This document shows positions 52,406-61,800 of a stretch of DNA of 64,000 nt, piece after piece. The DNA is from Flectonema sp. DT1601 (lineage: Eukaryota), in the NCBI GenBank assembly GCA_964019425.1, contig OZ025805.1, forward strand, positions 806,001 to 870,000, written 5' to 3'. The position numbers were made by a program, and so were the translations under genes. Within the stretch, counting starts at the first letter, position 1, and each line of letters opens with the position of its first letter. Below the pieces are notes generated by a model. The model made no database searches, was not told the origin of the DNA, and was given only the letters and a program-made list of their open reading frames with translations.

Positions 52406-52842
52406 AAACTATTTTTGTGCAATTAGGCGTTTTCCCTAAAATAAAAAAAGTAATTATGTTCATTAAAAACCAAAGTTCACGTTCGTCTATTTCTTTTTTT
52501 TTTTTTTGGACAAAAAAAGGGTTTTCCTGACCCTTTTGGTAAAAATAAAACTCTTTTTTCCCGTTGTTATTGTTTTTGCTTAAATGCATTTAGACTAAAG
52601 GTTTCGTGCTCATTGCGTGTGTAGTTTATTCTCTTTAGCGCCTATAAGTAAAAAAAAAACTTCGCTACATTTTACTGATTTCATCCAATTCCTCTCTTTC
52701 AGTATCTTTCTCTTTAAGAGTTTCTAATTAATAAGTATTTTTATACAGGATTCCTATTCACACATAATCAGTGGTTTCTATTTCATTTCTTGCATTCTCG
52801 CTACTTAATATTACTCTTAATAGTTTTATATAACACCCCAAT

Positions 52843-55800
52843 ATGATTTATTCAATCGTTTTCATCCTCACCTTCGCTTTTACACAAAAACCGTGTGATT
52901 ATTACGGAAATCCGAGAAGCTGCAGAAAAGCAGTCTGCCCAGACCTTTCTACTCAACAATGTACTTGGATTAGAAATAAGAGGGAGTGTAAATGTGTGAA
53001 ACCTTCTTGTGCTGACTTCTCGAATCCAACTTATTGTAAGAAAGCTAAGTGTCCAGATCAGCCTGATCGTCAGTGCTTCTGGGGTAAAGCAGGATGTGAT
53101 TGCAACACTAATCCAAGAACATGTGCTGATTTCTCGACTGCAAGAGATTGTATGAGAGCTAAGTGTCCAGACAAGGATGATCGTAAGTGCTTCTGGGGTA
53201 AAGAAGGATGTGAGTGCAACACTAATCCAAGAACCTGTGCTGACTTCTCTGCAGGAGAATGTGAGAAAGCTAAGTGTCCTGACCAGAATGATCGTAAGTG
53301 CTTCTGGGGTAAAGAAGGTTGTGAGTGCAACACTAAACCAAGAACCTGTGCTGACTTCTCGACTGCAAGGGATTGTCAGAAAGCCAAGTGCCCAGACAAG
53401 GATGATCGTCAGTGCTTCTGGGGTAAAGAAGGATGTGAGTGTAACACTACTCCAAGAACCTGTGCTGACTTCTCTGCAGGAGAATGTGAGAAAGCTAAGT
53501 GTCCAGACCAGAATGATCGTAAGTGCTTCTGGGGTAAAGAAGGTTGTGAGTGCAACACTAAACCAAGAACCTGTGCTGACTTCTCGACTGCAAGAGATTG
53601 TATGAGAGCTAAGTGCCCAGACAAGGATGATCGTAAGTGCTTCTGGGGTAAAGAAGGTTGTGAGTGTAACACTACTCCAAGAACTTGTGCTGACTTCTCT
53701 GCAGGAGAATGTGAGAAAGCCAAGTGTCCAGACCAGAATGATCGTAAGTGCTTCTGGGGTAAAGAAGGATGTGAGTGCAACACTAAACCAAGAACCTGTG
53801 CTGACTTCTCGACTGCAAGAGATTGTATGAGAGCTAAGTGTCCAGACAAGGATGATCGTAAGTGCTTCTGGGGTAAAGAAGGTTGTGAGTGTAACACTAC
53901 TCCTAGAACCTGTGCTGACTTCTCTGCAGGAGAATGTGAGAAAGCTAAGTGTCCAGACCAGAATGATCGTAAGTGCTTCTGGGGTAAAGAAGGTTGTGAG
54001 TGCAATACTAAACCAAGAACCTGTGCTGACTTCTCGACTGCAAGAGATTGTATGAGAGCTAAGTGCCCAGACCAGGATGATCGTCAGTGCTTCTGGGGTA
54101 AAGAAGGATGTGAGTGTAACACTACTCCAAGAACCTGTGCTGACTTCTCTGCAGGAGAATGTGAGAAAGCTAAGTGTCCAGACCAGAATGATCGTAAGTG
54201 CTTCTGGGGTAAAGAAGGATGTGAGTGCAACACTAAACCAAGAACCTGTGCTGACTTCTCGACTGCAAGAGATTGTATGAGAGCTAAGTGCCCAGACAAG
54301 GATGATCGTAAGTGCTTCTGGGGTAAAGAAGGATGTGAGTGCAACACTACTCCAAGAACCTGTGCTGACTTCTCTGCAGGAGAATGTGAGAAAGCTAAGT
54401 GTCCAGACCAGAATGATCGTAAGTGCTTCTGGGGTAAAGAAGGTTGTGAGTGCAACACTAAACCAAGAACCTGTGCTGACTTCTCGACTGCAAGAGATTG
54501 TATGAGAGCCAAGTGTCCAGACAAGGATGATCGTAAGTGCTTCTGGGGTAAAGAAGGATGTGAGTGTAACACTACTCCAAGAACCTGTGCTGACTTCTCT
54601 GCAGGAGAATGTGAGAAAGCTAAATGTCCAGACCAGAATGATCGTAAGTGCTTCTGGGGTAAAGAAGGTTGTGAGTGCAACACTAAACCAAGAACCTGTG
54701 CTGACTTCTCGACTGCAAGAGATTGTATGAGAGCCAAGTGTCCAGACAAGGATGATCGTAAGTGCTTCTGGGGTAAAGAAGGTTGTGAGTGTAACACTAC
54801 TCCAAGAACCTGTGCTGACTTCTCTGCAGGAGAATGTGAGAAAGCTAAGTGTCCAGACCAGAATGATCGTAAGTGCTTCTGGGGTAAAGAAGGTTGTGAG
54901 TGCAACACTAAACCAAGAACCTGTGCTGACTTCTCGACTGCAAGAGATTGTATGAGAGCTAAGTGCCCAGACAAGGATGATCGTAAGTGCTTCTGGGGTA
55001 AAGAAGGTTGTGAGTGTAACACTACTCCAAGAACCTGTGCTGACTTCTCTGCAGGAGAATGTGAGAAAGCTAAGTGTCCTGACCAGAATGATCGTAAGTG
55101 CTTCTGGGGTAAAGAAGGATGTGAGTGCAACACTAAACCAAGAACCTGTGCCGACTTCTCGACTGCAAGAGATTGTATGAGAGCTAAGTGTCCAGACAAG
55201 GATGATCGTAAGTGCTTCTGGGGTAAAGAAGGTTGTGAGTGTAACACTACTCCAAGAACCTGTGCTGACTTCTCTGCAGGAGAATGTGAGAAAGCTAAGT
55301 GTCCAGACCAGAATGATCGTAAATGTTTCTGGGGTAAAGAAGGATGTGAGTGCAACACTAAACCAAGAACCTGTGCTGACTTCTCGACTGCAAGAGATTG
55401 TATGAGAGCTAAGTGCCCAGACAAGGATGATCGTCAGTGCTTCTGGGGTAAAGAAGGATGTGAGTGCAACACTACTCCAAGAACCTGTGCTGACTTCTCG
55501 ACTACAGCTGATTGTGAGAAAGCTAAGTGTCCAGACCAGAATGATCGTAAGTGCTTCTGGGGTAAAGAAGGATGTGAGTGCAACACTAAACCAAGAACCT
55601 GTGCCGACTTCTCGACTGCAAGAGATTGTATGAGAGCTAAGTGTCCAGACAAGGATGATCGTAAGTGCTTCTGGGGTAAAGAAGGTTGTGAGTGTAACAC
55701 TACTCCAAGAACCTGTGCTGACTTCTCTGCAGGAGAATGTGAGAAAGCTAAGTGTCCAGACCAGAATGATCGTAAATGCTTCTGGGGTAAAGAAGGATGT

Positions 55801-58800
55801 GAGTGCAACACTAAACCAAGAACCTGTGCTGACTTCTCGACTGCAAGAGATTGTATGAGAGCTAAGTGTCCAGACAAAGATGATCGTAAGTGCTTCTGGG
55901 GTAAAGAAGGTTGTGAGTGTAACACTACTCCAAGAACCTGTGCTGACTTCTCTGCAGGAGAATGTGAGAAAGCTAAGTGTCCAGACCAGAATGATCGTAA
56001 ATGTTTCTGGGGTAAAGAAGGATGTGAGTGCAACACTAAACCAAGAACCTGTGCTGACTTCTCGACTGCAAGAGATTGTATGAGAGCTAAGTGCCCAGAC
56101 AAGGATGATCGTCAGTGCTTCTGGGGTAAAGAAGGATGTGAGTGCAACACTACTCCAAGAACCTGTGCTGACTTCTCTGCAGGAGAATGTGAGAAAGCTA
56201 AGTGTCCAGACCAGAATGATCGTAAATGCTTCTGGGGTAAAGAAGGATGTGAGTGCAACACTAAACCAAGAACCTGTGCTGACTTCTCGACTGCAAGAGA
56301 TTGTATGAGAGCTAAGTGCCCAGACAAGGATGATCGTCAGTGCTTCTGGGGTAAAAAAGGATGTGAGTGCAACACTACTCCAAGAACCTGTGCTGACTTC
56401 TCTGCAGGAGAATGTGAGAAAGCTAAGTGTCCAGACCAGAATGATCGTAAATGCTTCTGGGGTAAAGAAGGATGTGAGTGCAACACTAAACCAAGAACCT
56501 GTGCTGACTTCTCGACTGCAAGAGATTGTATGAGAGCTAAGTGCCCAGACAAGGATGATCGTAAGTGCTTCTGGGGTAAAGAAGGATGTGAGTGCAATAC
56601 TACTCCAAGAACCTGTGCTGACTTCTCTGCAGGAGAATGTGAGAAAGCTAAGTGTCCAGACCAGAATGATCGTAAGTGCTTCTGGGGTAAGGAAGGTTGT
56701 GAGTGCAATACTAAACCAAGAACCTGTGCTGACTTCTCGACTGCGAGAGATTGTATGAGAGCTAAGTGTCCAGACAAGGATGATCGTCAATGCTTCTGGG
56801 GTAAAGAAGGATGTGAGTGCAACACAACTCCAAGAACCTGTGCTGACTTCTCTGCAGGAGAATGTGAGAAAGCTAAGTGTCCAGACCAGAATGATCGTAA
56901 GTGCTTCTGGGGTAAAGAAGGATGTGAGTGCAGCACTAAACCAAGAACCTGTGCTGACTTCTCGACTGCAAGAGATTGTATGAGAGCTAAGTGTCCAGAC
57001 AAGGATGATCGTCAATGCTTCTGGGGTAAAGAAGGATGTGAGTGCAACACAACTCCAAGAACCTGTGCTGACTTCTCTGCAGGAGAATGTGAGAAAGCTA
57101 AGTGTCCAGACCAGAATGATCGTAAGTGCTTCTGGGGTAAAGAAGGATGTGAGTGCAACACTAAACCAAGAACCTGTGCTGACTTCTCGACTGCAAGAGA
57201 TTGTATGAGAGCTAAGTGTCCAGACAAGGATGATCGCAAGTGCTACTGGGGTAAAGAAGGATGTGAGTGCAATACTACTCCTAGAACCTGTGCTGACTTC
57301 TCTGCAGGAGAATGTGAGAAAGCTAAGTGTCCAGACCAGAATGATCGTAAGTGCTTCTGGGGTAAAGAAGGATGTGAGTGCAACACTAAACCAAGAACCT
57401 GTGCTGACTTCTCGACTGCAAGAGATTGTATGAGAGCTAAGTGTCCAGACAAGGTTGATCGTCAATGCTTCTGGGGTAAAGAAGGATGTGAGTGCAACAC
57501 AACTCCAAGAACCTGTGCTGACTTCTCTGCAGGAGAATGTGAGAAAGCTAAGTGTCCTGACCAGAATGATCGTAAGTGCTTCTGGGGTAAAGAAGGTTGT
57601 GAGTGCAACACTAAACCAAGAACCTGTGCCGACTTCTCGACTGCAAGAGATTGTATGAGAGCTAAGTGTCCAGACAAGGATGATCGTAAGTGCTACTGGG
57701 GAAAAGAAGGATGTGAGTGTAACACTACTCCAAGAACCTGTGCTGACTTCTCTGCAGGAGAATGTGAGAAAGCTAAGTGTCCAGACCAGAATGATCGTAA
57801 GTGCTTCTGGGGTAAAGAAGGATGTGAGTGCAACACTAAACCAAGAACCTGTGCCGACTTCTCGACTGCAAGAGATTGTATGAGAGCTAAGTGTCCAGAC
57901 AAGGATGATCGTAAGTGCTTCTGGGGTAAAGAAGGTTGTGAGTGTAACACTACTCCAAGAACCTGTGCTGACTTCTCTGCAGGAGAATGTGAGAAAGCTA
58001 AGTGTCCAGACCAGAATGATCGTAAGTGCTTCTGGGGTAAAGAAGGATGTGAGTGCAACACTAAACCAAGAACCTGTGCTGACTTCTCGACTGCAAGAGA
58101 TTGTATGAGTGCTAAGTGTCCAGACAAGGATGATCGTAAGTGCTTCTGGGGTAGAGAAGGGTGTGAGTGCAACACTAATCCAAGAACCTGTGCTGACTTC
58201 TCGACTCCAACTGATTGTAAAAAAGCTCAGTGTCCGGATTACGATGATCGTCAGTGCTTCTGGGGTAAAGAAGGATGTGAGTGCAACACTACTCCAAGAA
58301 CCTGTGCTGACTTCTCGACAGCAAGAGATTGTATGAGAGCTAAGTGTCCGGACAAGGATGATCGTAAGTGCTACTGGGGTAAAGAAGGATGTGAGTGCAA
58401 CACTACTCCAAGAACCTGTGCTGACTTCTCGACTCCTACTGATTGTAAGAAGGCTAAGTGTCCAGACAAGTATGATCGTCAGTGCTTCTGGGGTAAAGAA
58501 GGATGTGAGTGCAACACTACTCCAAGAACCTGTGCTGACTTCTCGACAGCAAGAGATTGTATGAGAGCTAAGTGTCCAGATAAGGATGATCGTAATTGCT
58601 TCTGGGGTAAAGAAGGATGTGAGTGCAACACTACTCCTAGAACCTGTGCTGACTTCTCGACTCCAACTGATTGTAAGAATGCTAAGTGTCCAGACAAGAA
58701 TGATCGTAAGTGCTTCTGGGGTAATGAAGGATGTGAGTGCAACACTACTCCAAGAACCTGTGCTGACTTCTCGACTGCAAGAGATTGTCAGAGAGTTAAG

Positions 58801-61800
58801 TGTCCAGAGAAGGAAGATCGTCTGTGCTACTGGGGTAAAGAAGGATGCGAGTGCAACACTAATCCAAGAACCTGTGCTGACTTCTCGACTCCCACTGATT
58901 GTAAGAAGGCTAAGTGTCCAGATAAAGATGATCGTCAGTGCTACTGGGGTAAAGAAGGATGTGAGTGCAACACTACTCCAAGAACCTGTGCTGATTTCTC
59001 GACTGCAAGAGATTGTATGAGAGCTAAGTGTCCAGACAAGGATGATCGTCTGTGTTGCTGGGGAAAAGCAGGATGTGAATGCAACACTACTCCAAGAACC
59101 TGTGCTGACTTCTCGACTCCAACTGATTGTAAGAAGGCTAAGTGTCCAGACAAGGATGATCGTCAGTGCTACTGGGGTAAAGAAGGATGTGAGTGTAATA
59201 CTACTCCACGAACCTGTGCTGACTTCTCAACTGCAAGTGCTTGTCAGAGAGCTAAATGTCCAGATCAGGATGATCGTCTGTGCTTCTGGGGTAAAGAAGG
59301 TTGTGAGTGCAACACTACTCCAAGAACCTGTGCTGACTTTTCGACTCCAATCGATTGTAAGAAAGCTAAGTGTCCAGACAAGTATGATCGTCAGTGCTTC
59401 TGGGGTAAAGAAGGATGTGAGTGCAACACTACTCCAAGAACCTGTGCTGACTTCTCGACCGCAAGAGATTGTATGAGAGCTAAGTGTCCAGACAAGGATG
59501 ATCGTAAGTGCTTCTGGGGTAAAGAAGGATGTGAGTGCAACACTACTCCAAGAACTTGTGCTGACTTCTCTGCAAGACAATGTGAGAAAGCTAAGTGTCC
59601 AGACCAGAATGATCGTAAGTGCTTCTGGGGTAAAGAAGGATGTGAGTGCAACACTAAACCAAGAACCTGTGCTGACTTCTCGACTGCAAGAGATTGTATG
59701 AGAGCTAAGTGTCCAGACAAGGATGATCGTCAATGCTTCTGGGGTAAAGAAGGATGTGAGTGCAACACTACTCCAAGAACCTGTGCTGACTTCTCTGAAA
59801 GTGAATGTGAGAAAGCTAAGTGTCCAGACAAGAATGATCGTAAGTGCTACTGGGGTAAAGAAGGATGTGAGTGCAACACTACACCAAGAACATGTGCTGA
59901 CTTCTCGACTGCAAGAGATTGTATGAGAGCTAAGTGTCCAGACAAGGATGATCGTAAGTGCTTCTGGGGTAAACAAGGATGTGAGTGCAACACTACTCCA
60001 AGAACCTGTGCTGATTTCTCTGCAAGAGAGTGTGAGAAAGCTAAGTGTCCAGACCAGAATGATCGTAAGTGCTTCTGGGGTAAAGAAGGATGTGAGTGCA
60101 ACACTAAACCAAGAACCTGTGCTGACTTCTCGACTGCAAGAGATTGTATGAGAGCTAAGTGTCCAGACAAGGATGATCGTCAGTGCTTCTGGGGTAAAGA
60201 AGGATGTGAGTGCAACACAACTCCAAGAACCTGTGCTGACTTCTCTGAAAGAGAATGTGAGAAAGCTAAGTGTCCAGACAAGGATGATCGTAAGTGTTTC
60301 TGGGGTTATGAAGGATGTGAGTGCAACACTAAACCAAGAACCTGTGCTGACTTCTCGACAGCAAGAGATTGTATGAGAGCTAAGTGCCCAGACAGGGATG
60401 ATCGTCAGTGCTTCTGGGGTAAAGAAGGTTGTGAGTGTAACACTACTCCAAGAACCTGTGCTGACTTCTCTGAAAGAGAATGTGAGAAAGCTCAGTGTCC
60501 AGACAAGGATGATCGTAAGTGCTTCTGGGGTAAAGAAGGCTGTGAGTGCAACACTACTCCAAGAACCTGTGCTGACTTCTCGACAGCAAGAGATTGTATG
60601 AGAGCTAAGTGCCCAGACAAGGATGATCGTAAGTGCTTCTGGGGTAAAGAAGGTTGTGAGTGTAACACTACTCCAAGAACCTGTGCCGACTTCTCGACTA
60701 CAGCTGATTGTGAGAAAGCTAAGTGTCCAGACAAGAATGATCGTAAATGCTTCTGGGGTAAAGAGGGATGTGAGTGCAATACTAAACCAAGAACCTGTGC
60801 TGACTTCTCGACTGCAAGAGATTGTATGAGAGCTAAGTGCCCAGACAAAGATGATCGTAAGTGCTTCTGGGGTAAAGAAGGTTGTGAGTGTAACACTACT
60901 CCAAGAACCTGTGCCGACTTCTCGACTACAGCTGATTGTGAGAAAGCTAAGTGTCCAGACCAGAATGATCGTAAATGCTTCTGGGGTAAGGAAGGTTGTG
61001 AGTGCAACACTAAACCAAGAACCTGTGCCGACTTCTCGACTGCAAGAGATTGTATGAGAGCTAAGTGCCCAGACAAAGATGATCGTAAGTGCTTCTGGGG
61101 TAAAGAAGGTTGTGAGTGTAACACTACTCCAAGAACCTGTGCCGACTTCTCGACTACAGCTGATTGTGAGAAAGCTAAGTGTCCAGACCAGAATGATCGT
61201 AAGTGCTTCTGGGGTAAGGAAGGTTGTGAGTGCAACACTAAACCAAGAACCTGTGCCGACTTCTCGACTGCAAGAGATTGTATGAGAGCTAAGTGTCCAG
61301 ACAAAGATGATCGTAAGTGCTACTGGGGTAAAGAAGGATGTGAGTGTAACACTACTCCAAGAACCTGTGCCGACTTCTCGACTACGGCTGATTGTGAGAA
61401 AGCTAAGTGTCCAGACAAGAATGATCGTAAATGCTTCTGGGGTAAAGAGGGATGTGAGTGCAACACTAAACCAAGAACCTGTGCCGACTTCTCGACTGCA
61501 AGAGATTGTATGAGAGCTAAGTGTCCAGACAAGGATGATCGTAATTGCTTCTGGGGTAAAGAAGGATGTGAGTGCAACACTACTCCAAGAACCTGTGCTG
61601 ACTTCTCGACTACAGCTGATTGTGAGAAAGCTAAGTGTCCGGACAAGAATGATCGTAAGTGCTTCTGGGGTAAAGAAGGATGTGAGTGCAATATTAAACC
61701 AAGAACCTGTGCTGACTTCTCGCGTGCAAGAGATTGTATGAGAGCTAAGTGCCCAGACAAAGATGATCGTAAGTGCTTCTGGGGTAAAGAAGGATGTGAG